From: Callorhinchus milii
Taxonomy: Eukaryota
Length of the DNA stretch: 34,677 bases
Assembly (NCBI RefSeq): GCF_018977255.1
Contig: NW_024705557.1
Span: 1-34,677, forward strand
Reading direction: 5' to 3'
In this document: in pieces, positions 1 to 15,000 of the stretch
How the letters are laid out: every line of letters begins with the position of its first letter
Position numbering within the stretch: position 1 is the stretch's first letter
Translations under genes and position numbers: made by a program
The notes under the pieces: generated by a model
What the model saw: only the letters and a program-made list of their open reading frames with translations
The model's database searches: none
What the model was told of the DNA's origin: nothing

Positions 1-3000
1 CACCAGCTGCGCTCTACATAGGTGCAGAGGTCTCCACGCCCCAGCCTTCGACGATCTACATATAGAAGAGTCTACATTTGTGGGTTGTCTCTCGTCCGTT
101 TAGCCTTAAATGTAAAACATTTCCGCAACTACCGGAAGATGATCAGCCTAAGATGTGTTTGGCGACATAAAGTCATTTTCAGGATGAGTTTGGTTGCTGC
201 GCGCGTAGTGGCTGGGCCCAATAACGACGCCGTAATAAGACTCGTCTACGTGATCACTAATCGGCTTGTCTGCCGCGTCGTCCAAGGCATCGAACCCCTA
301 CGAGGTCAGACGGTTCGTACATAAAACATTTGAAGATTGCGTACGTAGCGGTCTATAGACCTGCCCTCTTCAACCATCGCAACGCTAACCCGTTGTTACA
401 AACCCGAAGTTACGGGCCCCCAAAGCGACTATAGCGTCCGACGTCTAGATTTTTAGACTGTCCTGAATCGTTTCTAAATGGCTGACTTTAACCATGTTTC
501 CCTCCTCCCGCTTGAATCCCGATCTCCGGAATCTAAAAAATGCTCATCACCAACGATACGTTTTGATTTATCTTCGGAAACCAGCATGGTCCGTAAGGGG
601 CCTAGTAATCCCAGACGTGGATTGGCGCTAGACTCAATAAAGGCGCAGTACGCTACATAGTCTAAGTGCGCTTGTCATCAGTCGGACTATTACACTGCTA
701 ATTGAGTGCAACAACTTTACGAAGACGTATGCCAAGCCCGGACACAATACGTCATGATGAGTGCGTGTGCTGCGATCCTTACCCCCAACTTGCTGACTTC
801 AACATCGTGATTTCGGGAAATTACGATTCCGATGCGAACAATCATTCTTCTAACGTACAGATAGCGGAGGTGGGAGTGAGCCCTCTGCCACTCTCACACG
901 TAAGACAGCGTTAGGTATTACTTCGTCGAAATGCAAGAATACACTGCGTTGCTTCCCACACTCTGAACTCCGCTTATACATTTCTGCGTTTTGACAACAA
1001 TCGTGCAGGTGAGCCAGCCAGAGCTTACAATACCCAGAAGCTGGAGAAATAGAAGCAGTACTCTTTCGCGCCAACGAAACTGTTCGCCACTTAATAATTT
1101 GTTCCTGCTGTCTCCGTCAAAGAGTACGACCGGGGCGGCCCTAAAATTACATAGTATATCCATACTACCTGTCATCTACATGGGCTGGAGCCATAGGAGT
1201 CTTAGGTTTTCTCAACCTTTACTTATAGCCGTAGGGCATTGGTGAGGGAAGGGATCTCAGCAATCACTTCCTACCGGGCCGCAGGTTGACATCCGAGCGA
1301 GACAGGTACAGGATGAGACCTTCATTTGTGTTAATCCCTTCACACCTCCCTAGTGGTATAGCACTAATTCGGAGACTGCGCAAGGGAGCTGATGGGCGAC
1401 AGAAACTAAACTAACGCCGTTATGAGTTCTTCCTACCGAAATGTTGGAGCATATATAATCCTACGCTAGGTGAGGCCCACTAATTGAGTACTGCGGAAGG
1501 AAGGAAGGGATTCCGGTACTCGCACCTTTCCCTCTTGTCGAACACGAGGTACCACGTGGCTTTGACAATGATCCAGGAGAAAATCTGTCCGAGTCTTCAC
1601 GTGAACTAGTAGATCCCTAATTCAACATAATCTATATGAAACCCCGGAAGCGTCTTTTGCGGATGAGCCTCCTCCCATCTCTTTAGTACAGTACCTCTGT
1701 CTGTACTGGCTACCCCCATCAGGCTCAGGATGTATATCCCTATAAATGCGCCTTTAACGCATAAGAGGTAGCTCGGAGCGGGTAACAAACAAGGCGGTCT
1801 AGACTTCGTGGATGGGGTACCGCTTACACTCGCCCTGGGGCAACCTAGGATAATCGAATAAAGAAGCATCTTTGACTTTCATCTACCCACGTACTGTTGC
1901 AATCCAGTACTCGGACCAAATGCTGTGTTAAAGGGCCACTCTGCTATTATCCTTTAGAACCATTCATGTGATTTTGGGTGGACTACCGCCGAAGCAATAC
2001 GCCCAGCACACTTGTCTCATCTTCAAGGATATGCAAGAGGTGCGGGTTGTGTGCGTAAGGCAAGGAGTTCTAGTCTTTACGACAGATTGCGGACATATTA
2101 TAGGACGTAGTCATGGATCCTGATCATTCCGGATTGTGTGGACGAGTTGATCGAAGCAGAGAAATCCAGCATCATTTATTAACCTTAGGAGTGAGACTGA
2201 AACTGGAGGTGCGTGCGAACACTTACCAATAAGCTTCGTCTCAATAGTGTACACCGCAGTTTGATTTTGCTCATCTTGGGCTATTACATCCTGACCATAG
2301 TAATATGTTAGATAGGGGGACAGAGTGACTCCGGAGGTGGTGTTGCAAACCCTGATATTTAGATGAGGAGCGGTTGGAAATACTCGGGTCCTCTCGCTGC
2401 TGTCAATTATAGCGGGTGAAAGGATTGGGGCCTCCAGTTCGTCACTACTGGTTCGCTCACCTTCGTCGTCGCAATATCGCCCTGTAGGCTGTACCCCTTG
2501 ATTGGTTTCTCAGGCCCTACACTTCAGCATTTATGGGACCATGCTGACACGCACATGCGACTACCTAAAAAGCGACTGGGCGGTTGCACAATCGAAGGGA
2601 TGGACGGTTGGGAATGAGGCTGCCCAGCTACCGTAAAGACGTATGTTTTCTTGTATAGAGGTTTATGAGGACTATCATCGATGGGCGGCTCACGACGCGA
2701 TAATTTGGGTTACGTGTCCAACTGGACTCCTCGTAATAATCATTCACGATCCCATACGATAAAGCCTCCTTGGCCGGAGCCCTCGGCCGCACGTCTGGCC
2801 CAGCTCCCTAGGAAGGAGAAGACATCGACCGAAGATACTTTATACTGGCGTCTAAGGTGCTTGTAATCGATCGGTATCCGATTCTCGGGCTGCTCCCGGA
2901 GGAACTTGGGGCCATTGACGTTTAGATAGAGACTTCGCTATATAGTCCATCTGTTCGTAGCGGTATATTTAATCCTGCTGCTATAATAAGTCTGAGTTTC

Positions 3001-6000
3001 CCGTTTCGTAACCCCGAGGATCCATGCATTAAACTTAACTGACCTCCGACTATCTTCTCTACTACGAATAGAGGCGACGCCTTTGTCAGGAGCATCGCTG
3101 GTTCGAAGAGACCCATCTACGCTTTTACGATAGAGGTCATTACGATTGCTACCGATTTGTAGTCAGGAGGGCACGTCAACCACCCTTTGTGGCTATGGTG
3201 CTAGAGATTCTTCTCAATCGTAAACCGTTAGGAAAATAGTAATGCAGCACATCTCCAAGGTGCACGAAACATATGCCTCCTGAGCACTCAGCTGGAGCGC
3301 AACTATCCTCTTTTAACGGCATATGTGAAGCCCTCATGAAACCTCTATCGCCGTAGCCTGTTTGGTGTACACTGACCTGTTTTGAGTCCGCTAGGACATT
3401 TAAACGCTCCACGTATATCCCACCATTGTTTCGAACTCCTGTTCCTTGAAGTAAGGTTATCTTCCTGGATTAAGGCTGAAGTAAAACATCTCGCGGCGCT
3501 TTAGTACTTGAACCCATGCGGGGGAGTTCGGAAGCCAGGAGGTTCCAACGCACGGGTGGGGTGCAGAAAATCGCAAAGTGGTGCGTTATAACTTCGGTTA
3601 GTAGTCGGACGTCTCGTAAAAGATTTGTCCTGTCCGGATCTGTGATCGCCTGAATGAGCCAGATGCGTGTTACGTCCAGCTAAATGAAGTGCTCCCAAAA
3701 TTAGGAGTAACCAAGTGGCCACCCCACATCGGTTGCTATAAGTCTCGCGTTGACAGGAAGGATTCACACGAGGGTACCAGCAGCAGGTTGTTTGGATGTC
3801 AATTGTTATAAGGACCTCGTTTGGCACAGCCTCTACAGATGTACGGTATCATTCATCGACCAAAGTCAGATCCCTCACTGGTGACTTCGGTACAGACTAG
3901 CTTGAAATCTGTTCACCCGTTGGTTAATTTGCAGGCTCCGCTACATGTCGGCAATCGTAAAGAAGCGGGGTGCCCAGTCTCCCGCTCAATACACAGGCGA
4001 ATCAGTGTCTGTATACCAGCTGTCTCGAAATATAGCATATGCGACTGGCCGTATCGGTGAAAACGTTGTTCGATACGTTACTTTAAAATGATGCAAGGGC
4101 GGTTTGAATGCTTATCGATTGGAAGCCTATTCCGAGCGTTAGACGCGCGTGGGCGCCTAGGAGCAGATTCGAGATTACCTGGCAGCGACGTCCTAAAGAT
4201 CGCATAGCTAATCTCACGGGACGACAGTGATAGTCCAGCGGTTGCTCCCAGAAGCATTTCTTATAATCCTAACGCCAAATCCCGATTATCTGGTCCCTTC
4301 GATATTGAGTAAGTCATGATTATTATGCGCTGTTTGGGACGGCCTTAATATCTATGATCCCTGCAGACGTCCTAGGTATGCACCCAGAAGATATCGCTAA
4401 GTTACGACAGTTGTGCCCAGGTTGTGGGCTTCGCTCTTACTTGGAACATTGTCGGTGGCGACATGCGCGACCCCTCCGCGATCGCCGGAGTTTCCCTCCG
4501 TCGGAAGAATATTCCGCGTCTGGTGTAACCACGTAGTTGGAACTGAATGTTAGGCATAACCGCCAGCTTACAGACACAAGTACAGTTCCATATTATGCAG
4601 CTTCCGGCTAATTAGCCCCAGACTGAGTTTTCGAGTGGGTACGTTGGACTCTGATGGAGTTAGACATCGGCTTACCGCGGGCTACCACGGTCGGCGCTAG
4701 AAACAGCCACGATTTGCACTTTGGCCGTAAGTGATGACACCACGCACATTACGTTGTGTGTAGGGCTTCGAAACCAATTAACTACCGATATATCCGTGAA
4801 CTGTCGGGAGATTTGCAAAAGAAGCCAACCCCTCATTAAAGATTGCCCAGGGGCCGGTCTAACGGTCAGGTGAGCTGCCTAAGGAGTTCTTGCTCTCTAT
4901 GTCAGACCAGTGAGTCGGCGTTAGCAACGGATGTTTAAACGGAATATACCTGACCAGGTGCCAAGGTGCTACGACACTTCGCGGTCAGAATGTCATGTGC
5001 ACCGTCCAGTCCATATGGCGTAACTTTAGACACGTCTAAGCCAATGCAATCTTTAGGGACAATTCCGTCAAATCTAAGTTACCTAAGCGGCGCTTAGGTC
5101 ATTGGTATTAGCGTTAGGTTGTATCATGTTGTGGTGAAGAATACATCTGGACAGGTAGTAAACCCACAGTTATTAGCAGCAGCTGCACCATAAACCGGGT
5201 CATGTTGCACGATGCAGACCGTCCTAGGGGACGTGCCGCACCGCTGAAACTTGAGAATAGTCCGGTGAGCTTAATGAGAAATTTCCTTGTTCCGCAGGCG
5301 TTGTTCTAATGATGACGATGTTGTCATGGCCCAAACGCAACCGTTATTACAGTATCCTGTATGATCGGACACCCAATGGTAGGAGGCTCGAGGACAGTTA
5401 CAAACTTTCACCAGTTAGCACCGGACAGTTTGGTTTAACGGTAGGATCAGTACTCTTCGGAGTTCCGAATTAAGGCTAACGTATTACCGCGATTATAGGA
5501 TGTTGTAACCCTTTCGAGAACCAGCTTCTCTACGTAATTATAATCCCGGAGCGGTTGAAAACTAGACAAAGTTATCACATTAATAAGACGCGGGTGATCT
5601 ACGGTTCAAAGCGTTTCTATTATCCGCCACGGGTCCACGCCGACCTGTAACATTGGCAGGAAAAATGCTATATTGCGAGGAGGTGTATGAGACACGTTAT
5701 GCAACGACCCTTACCCGAACGCCCGACGAATCTTTTATCTATTACGATGGGTTGCTCCACACAATGATGGCACTTGATTGCCTCACATTTAGGGATTACG
5801 TACCGCTGAGTAGAGCGGGACATATTGTGTCAAACACCGCATATCTGGCTATCCGATCTATGAGGTAGTGTACTTCGTTAGCTCATGCGAGTAGACAAGT
5901 GAGCCAGGCCGATTGTACTCTCTACGGGGCGTGACAGATGACATCATTCTGATCCCAGGTGCATTTTCAGTAGTCTGCTGGTAATGGTATTACGCATGCA

Positions 6001-9000
6001 CTCGTGTTTCCAGTCCCTAGCTTCAGGGAAATTCGCTGTTTGCTCGACATAGGTGCAGGATATGAAGTGCCCCGTCAGCTTTGCGAGTCCCCGGTCTTAC
6101 GCGAACCAAGGCAGTCAAAAGGAGGAGGCGTTGTATCTTGATCACTCTGATCAACATCGGGAGAAAGTATCTCTTGCGGAAATTAGTAACACCCTAAAGC
6201 TAAATAAGTGCACGTGGCATCAAAACTTACTTTATGCGCTCCTAAGCGTGCCGACTCACCCGAACTCTGCTGAAATGCCGTTTGGCTGAACAACTGTGTT
6301 CTAACTTGGTAAGGCACAGGACCCAACTCATTTAGAGGTGGAACGATGTGAAAGTTCGCTAATGGGATTATAAGCCGAGACAATTATTGGCTCAACTTTA
6401 AACAGCTGCGAACCATCTAGCGATAGGGTCTGGACCCAACGTATGAGGCCCGACTGGCCGGCGGGGCCAGCCTAGTTGAGGACTCCTCGCACTATAGACG
6501 GTATCCACTCATCCCGTCGGCGATGAATTGACGTAGGGTACCTACGATGAGGGGTATGGTTAGCCGAGTCTCTCAGTCAAAGCCGCTAAGGTAGTTCGCA
6601 GAAATGTGAAGTAGGAGGACTTTGGGCTGACGTTGAGATTGAGGGAAATAACAATTTACAGGGTAAACATAACGAGTATCGCCCGGATAACGCGAAGATG
6701 CAGGGAGCTCACCTAAAGGCTGCATAAATGCGGCGCGGGGAATATGCCCGATTGCATGACCAAGGTTTTCCTTGGGATCAAACGCAATATGGGGTCGGTA
6801 AGCGACAGAAGCCGACCATAACTGTTTTTGTAGGACACCGGAGTTTGATTTATAACCCTCTAATTACCACAGGCCTGAGGGAATCCATAATATATTTGTT
6901 GATTCACGAGACAAATAGGTAAATAATCTTAGGTCCGCCTCGCCGCTTGGCCCGCGGAGCTGCTGGTACTGATCCGGCGGTGTCTTTCACTTAGAGCGCC
7001 GCGTGTCTCCCAGGGAATTTACCAAACTTAAGATGACTCCTTATCCATTACGTGCGGACAACAACCATTTAGTACCGGGATTTAGATCACTTAGCCTTTG
7101 CATCCAGTGTCTTTCCACGCCGATCGTTGGGAAAAGGGTGACCCGCAAGCTGGACATTGGTGGAATCTACACACTAGGCCAGTGCTATTCCTTATCCGAG
7201 GGTGCTTGCATGGTACTAACGACTGTGACTGATTGCAAACACCAGTGTCATAAAATGGCGAGGTAATGCTGACTTACTTGGTTAGGAACATCTGAGGAGA
7301 ACAAAGTAATAATACTAGAACGGTAGATCACATACATCGTGTTAAGGGGAGGGCGTAGGCCCTAACCGTCCAGGCGCAAATGAAGGTCATACGTTCCCTG
7401 AAAAAGTCAAGACTTAAGAAAAAACACGCTTGGCACGTGGTGCCGAAGTCTTAGCCGGTATCAACAAGCCTGCAAACTCTACGGTCCCTGACAATTTCGA
7501 AAGCATTTTGAAGTACCGCCTCTGAGCTATACCTTTAATTGTAGACTTGGACACGTACTTCAAATCATTGTTCTGTATGGAGTCTAATGAGTTCGTGGGG
7601 CGGGTGAGCCACACAATCTGCTCTCGAAAATGTGACTTAATGGACGCAGTCCATACTTATCTCACTGTTACCAACAAACCCATGCGCGATTAAGAGGCCT
7701 TTCACCCGTTCCAACTTTGTGCTAAGACCTCGGGTACTGAGTGAAGGTGGAATGTTTTTCCGCCACATCGTATTGCTGGTTGCCCGACTCACGTTATAAT
7801 ATTAGACCCGAGTTGTCAGGGCCCTAGTCCATGGTGACTTTTTGGTATGTCACTGAAGAATACTACGTTAACGTGCATAGGCTCGTGACACATTCTCTCA
7901 GCCCTATTATTCCCGAAATGCAAGGTTTTTGGTGTTCACAATTCCTCCAAAAACCAGTGCTCAAGTGGTGGTTTCGAGGACCCTGCGAAGTAGGAGATAT
8001 ACTGGTCTAAGAGAGTTAGCGTCTGACCAACCTTCCATTCTTCAAATAGGTGACTTCCCGTGGAAATCACTTCGCGTCGGCTAACAGCACTATCCCCCTT
8101 CAGGGATCGGGTACAGACACGAAGAAGACGTAGGCGCCCGTGAAACGGTTGCGGTGAGCTTTGTATAAGAGTGGTAACTGGTATGACTAGAGAGACGCAT
8201 AAGAAGCTCCATTTGAAAGCGGAAGTCTGCGTTAGTAGCTACTGAATTCTAGTCCTATAGGTCTGCGAGACGCCATTCCTCTCAGATGACCGTCGTTCAG
8301 ATCTGTCGTCCGTGCCGGTATGATAACAGGATTCGAATATAATAAGTTCCTTAAAGCGTCAGTGTCCCGCGTAACAGCGCAATGTATCGAATACTTCTCT
8401 TCTCTTGCCGGCCAACCACCTAGGGAACAAAAGGACCAGGGTTGACTGGGGTAAGTGTGAACACCAATTTATCACAGGAACATTAAAACGGCAGACAAAT
8501 TAGAATCGGGACATGTCTGGAGACAACTCCGATTGTAAAAGGAGCAGGAGTTATGGTCAAATGTGCGGTAGGTATACCCGAAGGATCTAACTGCCTGGGT
8601 TTTCTAATTTCACACGTCGTAGCAGCGGGTCACCGGGTTTATCGTTATTCCATACATACGTTACTCCTAGATCACCGACCGCCTGGAAGTCATTGAGAGC
8701 AATGCTGTACTATAGCTCAACTATCACTTATTCGAGTAAGACATGTTGAGAAGTAGACCGTATGTGGGTAACTGTTAGAGAGGAAGACTCCTGTTCGGGT
8801 CAAGGCGTTGGCGTTGGGTAGGCAACGGCACTATGGGTTATGTCGGTCCCCAGCGCCCCAGCCAACAGTCACAGTCTAATGCGTTCGGTGAGAAGTGTGC
8901 GGTAGCCACCACCCTATAATAACGAGGATTAAGAGGGCTTCGTCCGGTATTTCGGGGTTGCGTGGACTGTCGCCTCTCCGTAGAAGTTCTCTTCAAGAGG

Positions 9001-12000
9001 CGGGTGTCGTCCACACAACTCGGAGCCACCTGCCTGTCGCCAATTGGTGTCGGTAACTCAAACTCTCTAGCCCAAGGTTCAGCATTCGATCACTGCACTA
9101 CTCGCGCAAACTCGGGTAGGGCTGATTTTGCCGTCCAGTATATTCCATGTTTACGCTGACTCTGTGAGGTACCCATGTAGTGTAATCCCTGACGTAGCGG
9201 CCTTAATGACCAATATCGCCCATGCTCGTCGGATATGCAAATCCTACCAATAAACTCTAAGCTGTTCAACGCACGGGCAGCCCGTAGCCTTATAAGTCCA
9301 TGCAGCCCAGCGGCCTCCCTTACTCGTTTCAGGAGATTGTATCGTACAGGGCGTATATGTGAGTATATGGCGGCACGCGGCATGACTACCCAAGGCAGCT
9401 CCGGGCTCAAGATAGTATTGTTAGGACCATCTGGTCCGAGGTAACCCCGTGCGGGCGAACCTTGGGCAGGGTTCTATCATTTGGGTGCAGGAGTTACAGG
9501 CCGCAGCCGAGGCATTGAGCACGGGCTTGCCGTTCATGTGACTATGAGAGTGACGCCAGGGGCTGAAGGCAAACATGCGGTAACTTGATCACCGCAATAA
9601 GATGCCCTAGCCCGGACTGCGCTCAGGTTGTTTTCATCCTGTGATGAGGTCGATCAACGTCGTCATAGTGGGCTTACCCGTTAGCGCATCATATTGATCA
9701 GTGTCCAAGCGAACCACACGCAGGTTAACCGGGCAAATTAGGGATTTTAAATTGGTATCCGCTTCACGCAGGTCCTGTTACAGTTTTCTAGCAATCACGA
9801 GTGAAGCTGGAATACAATACTACAGTATAATGGATAACAAAGACTCTCTGTTAAGCAAATGCTGAGATCCCTTCGTAGATTTACATAGTACAAATCTACT
9901 CACGATGGTCCTCCACGTCTTTTGTGCACATTGGAGGGTGTAGCTGAACCTTGGGTCTAAATAAAACACTTACAGGCAAGGATACGGGTGGCAAATGAAA
10001 CTGCGCGGCTAGGGAAAGGTATCCTGCAACGTCTGTACCGATTGCTTTCGTCTTCCGCATTAAGAACAGCAGGCTAATTTGGAGCCGTTCCCTGTCAATC
10101 ACGGGAGGCAGTTGGAAGCCATCTAAATACACTGAGTGCGGTCTATGTTTTAATCGGTACCGACCTGTGAGTGGGCGATTAGATCATACGCAGCAACTAC
10201 TCCCAATCAGTAAACTGACATCAGGGCCATGCTCCCGCTACACATACCTGACCCGCTCGGGACAAAGCCTTCAATTCCTTTTGGTAACATTTTGTGTATA
10301 GGTCAGGAACTAGACGAAGACGCTAGCCTCAGTCTGAATCGATAGGGCGTGATCTATCTGTGGATATAGTCGTAGTTTGTGGCCCCGAGATAGCGCGCGT
10401 GGTTGAGCCTAACTCACTGTTTACTCGTCGATGAAAGGAATTACGGCAAATCGGGGTGGAGACATAAGACTAATCTAGGGAGAGCGTATCGTGTGTACTC
10501 TTCCTCAAATTAAGGGTATAGTTTTATGAGGGCGATCAAACGGTTCAGCGTCCTCACGGGGTAAAGATCACTAATGATAACGTCGCGTACTTATGATGCT
10601 TTTGCGGACGGCAATTTTTGTCTAACCTCGATGAGCCCTCAAGACGTCTGAGACTGTAGTACCGTTTTAGTCGTGTTTTATTCACATATAGGGCGCCATG
10701 CAGGACTCAACATGCTCTGCGTCAAGCGACATGTATGTAGACTTTTGACGGTCGAGACACCTTTTGATGATTTTGGGTCAGTCTCTGCGGGTTATTACGG
10801 ATAGTCTGCGGCTTTTTCTGCGCCTAAGAAGGCCTGCGCTACAGTCATGACGGGTAAACGGTAAAACGCTGTTCGAGGGTAGTGATATCGGTTCTCTAGC
10901 TATTTTTGCCAAAAATAGACAGAGCTGAGGAGTTCTTGATAATGTTAATTGCCTATGTGTGAATGCGCTTGATGGTAGATTATATCAACAGCACAGCCCA
11001 TGATTATTGTACATAATGAGAGAAAGAGATCATGGTAATACTGACAGACGGAGTGTCTTTTCCTCGACGCAAGCTTTGTTCAGCGTAGCTGAGCGCATGC
11101 CACTCTTCCGTTTAGAATACGCTTAGGGATATTGGGCAAGCCCCCCAGCGATGACGCTGCAATTAAAATTTGACCCTGGGTCATAGCCATAGGATTTCCT
11201 GACTGTCTTGGGTACTAGCCGAGAGAGATATTTTCGCATGTTAAGCGACCCGAGCACCATGGCCGGTTTTACTTGAGGGTTTGTTACGGCCAGTAATTGC
11301 TTCATCCAGAGATCAAGCGTCGTCCGAAGGCACCAACTCTGATGAATGGCTAACAACAGTCCAGGGGCGATGGTCGAGATAGGCAGAACTGACACGACAA
11401 CAAGCGTTACCGCCAAAAATCCCTGAGTCTAGGTAGATGCAATCAGCCGAGGAAAACACCTGGTCCTTTAGCTCGATAAATACTAATGCATTGCGAATTG
11501 GCACCCACTTTGGCTACCAACCTACGTGTCCCGGCCTCTCTCAAATAACGCCAGACAGGTGCGGATTCCTAACGACAAAATACACACCGGCGGGTGTACA
11601 ATCCGAACTATGTCTTTTCCCTTGGTCTCATTTGGACGAGACTAACGGCAAGCGGTTTTCATTCTCCTAGCCTGCTCCTTACCCGCTAGGTGGACTGAAC
11701 GCTTAGCCTTGACGTGGAAAGTTAGGGGTACAGCGTAATCCGCGTGCGAAGTTGCTCCCTCCTTTTAAGAGTCGCTCCGTGCGTTGGATACTGGCATAGT
11801 CTCGAGCGCAATCCATACAACATTGGTGAGAGGCCGGATTAAATCCTCGATCCCTGCCCAACACGGTCAAGTTAGAGCCTAGAGGTACCTACGAAACGCA
11901 TAAACGTCGGAGAAGATAGAATTCACCTCAGTATGTATGAAAGAGGAAAAGAGTATTGCCGTTCCCCGACATTTGCCTACTTGTCCTACTATGTGTTGGC

Positions 12001-15000
12001 TCAAAGTTTACAGTGATATAGTATCATTCTAGTAAAGTACCCTGTCGTGCATAGTTTAATCAGCAATTTAGCACTCCACTAAGCGCTTAATAACCCAGTC
12101 TGCCTACTCTTTGTGGACCTTGCCTTACATTGGAGTCCACTCTTTCCTAAACTTCGGGTCTACCTTGCCGACACTATGTTTGAGACCTTAGCTAGGTATC
12201 CCTATCCGCGATATTACGCAATAGAAGTGGCAAAGAAGCTGCAGCGCGGGACATTTATTTTCTGATGGGGGGACCGGCTGTATCTCGATCCCTAGTGGAT
12301 TAAGTAAAATTAGCGTGTTATGTCAGTTTGTTTGGTGGACTCGTTAATATTACCTCACATGTTATAAGCACTGAATATTCAGGTAAATTAAGGCATAACC
12401 CCAACGACAATGTTCGCTCCCCACGAATGACTTGAACGGAGGTTTTGATCTGTTCCAAGTGCTTGGCCAGGTCTGTCCGTCAGTCCATCGCCCACCCGAC
12501 TTGTTTCCTGGTCGGCCCCGTGAAGTGGTTTATTGTCCTAAGGACAATCCTTGACTAGACTAGCCGTAAAGAACCACATCGTCCTGAATATATAGCATAC
12601 ATGGGTCCGCCAAATAAAGCCATCCACGTATGAGCAGTAATAGAAAAAGTCTGAGCGCTACACTCATTCTCCCAGATCGTGAGCGAGGATAACACAGTGA
12701 AGAAGTGGCATGGGGCATGCGGTGCGGTCATTTTGTGTTATAATGATACGGGCTGTGGACAGGGTTCTTCTATGATGTGACTAGGTGTCAGTGAAGGACG
12801 CCGTCAGGAGGTCTACAATTGTAGAAGAGAGGTGCCGCTAATTCGAATTTGGCATTCGTGAATGGTCGTCTACTCCCAGCAGGATTTCAACTATCTGAAA
12901 TGAAGATCTGTGCACCGGATGGTGACGGGCTACACGGGACGTAACTAGCCGCAAGTCAACTATTATCGCAGTATAAATCAAGCCAGGTATCCTCGTTAAT
13001 TCCGGATCTATCCGCTCGTCTCTCAACACTCGTTCTTCGGGATTGGAGTGTTCCTGATACAATAGGGACTAATGATACTGTTGAGTCTCCGACGAAGGTA
13101 GGCATACTGCTATTAGGTTCGCGCGAACCATAGCAGGTGAATGTCGCATGGTCGTAAAAGCCGCGCAATCTCAATGTTTGGCGTTGGATTTGCCCTTCCT
13201 CCATCAGGGATCTTCGATCAAAACATCTGTTATATTGCAACGTTTAGAGGGGATGAAAACCCTTGCCCCCTCCCACGACTGAGGGATAGCCAAAACGGTG
13301 CATGCCACGGAAGGGACTGCGCTTGTTCCATGGTACTGACAGCTTAATAGTTATTGCCTCATATAGCTTTTGGACGCAACTGACGTAAAACATGCGAGGT
13401 GTTTAACGAAAGACCCCTTGGAACCAATAAAGTGAAGTCTACGCCTGGTCGTTACGTTGCATCACGAGTGCACATGTGCTAGGGAGTCATTTACCTTAGT
13501 ACCTATAGCCACGCGCTTCCTGTTTCCGGACAGTGATGATACACAAAGCATGTGCAGGGACGAGGTTAACTGCGAAAGCTACAAGATCGCTTCAGTTGGG
13601 TTGTACTGTCTTGCACCGGTCAATGCTCGCCGCCCTTAACCTTGATCTTTGCTTGGTTGCTGGCTATCCGATTATCCCGCAAGTGTTGAACCAAAGACGG
13701 ACTGGTAACGGTAAGAGCACAAGCCACAGGGAGTGCACAGAGTTATCCTCTTATTGATTGAGAGAATTATGTTTGATTGAGTGACACGCTTTATGGGCTA
13801 ACAGCCGCTTACGCCAGTATGCGTATCCTCGGATGATACCACAGCTTTCCTTCCGCGCGACAGCAAGGTGCACAATATCTCAAACGTCTCGAGAGCTAGT
13901 AGTAGCAAAATGAGCATTCTCGCGCTGAAGCATGCATCCGAGGCCCATGGGGGACAAATAATGCACCCGCCCTATAATCGCGAGATTAGTCAGCAAGCTT
14001 GTGCGATTTGCATGGCAACAACTAACAAGGTATAGACGTGAGTATGGTCCAACTTGTTCAACCGTATTTACTATTGTGAATGCTTACCCTGATTATATGA
14101 GCAAAGCTCGGGGGGGTATGGCGACCTGTCCTCTATGTGGACTATCAGAAGTGGTGACGCTGTCGCGCACTTGTACTCCCGGGGGGACCGCCTTGCTCTT
14201 GGTCGTGGAGGCGGATCGACTCGAGAACGCAGCAGAGACGTATAGGTTGGGTTACTAACACTTGCGGTGGCCAGAGGCCACTGCCCATAGTCACACGCTA
14301 ACACTGAAAAAAGCGCCTTTGGGCCATACTCGGGCGTAAAGACCCGCCGTTTTCTTTCATCCAAACACTTATGCCCCTTAACACGGCATTTGATTCATAG
14401 GGAGGGGCTATTGGATAAGGGCAGCCAATAATGAGCCGCCCATGCGTGAGTCGTTCGCTTTTCAAGTGCGGGGGAGGGCCTGCAGCTACGACTTCGTTGC
14501 CTGAATGCCAGCGCTAACAGCCCTTCTAAGTGTACAGATGACTAGAACCCGGCGGCTGGTCGGCTGGTGGGTGGTGGATCCTCATAAATGCATCCAGCTT
14601 GACTAGATCCGAGCCAAGTTAGCTTGGTGCTATGGTTGTGTTGCTTGTGCTTTCAGGCGTTCAATACAACCAGCTCCGTGGACTATTCCATCCTTGGAAC
14701 TCGGGATAACCTAGAACCTGTATGACTCCGCCTCTACAGAACTCTCCCTTATGGCTAACGACAGCTTGCACAAAAGATTCTCCAGATATTAGTTATTGAA
14801 CGTAGGTTGAGCGGCCCCGGGGAGACTTCCGGTAGCAGAGCGCTACAACCAGTGTTAAATAATCGTATGAGGAGTCAATCCGGGGGAAGGGTGTAAATTT
14901 GGAACGTTCCAGCACGAGCTTACGGGAGGAGGGCGGGTCGAGACCATACGCATGTAGAGCCCTCTTGGATATCCGAACCAGAGCCAGAAGGAGGATGGCT

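Noticed and set aside
5081..5099. Perfect 9-bp-arm inverted repeat acctaagcg-g-cgcttaggt
   Set aside because: About one such hairpin is expected by chance in 21 kb across short loop sizes, and it has no U-tract or gene context.
6048..6058. acataggtgcag shared with the window start (near position 16)
   Set aside because: Several 12-mer matches are expected in 21 kb of random sequence, and the match does not extend.
10900..10918. Perfect 9-bp-arm inverted repeat ctatttttg-c-caaaaatag
   Set aside because: Same chance argument as the 5081 hairpin, and it shares no sequence with it.
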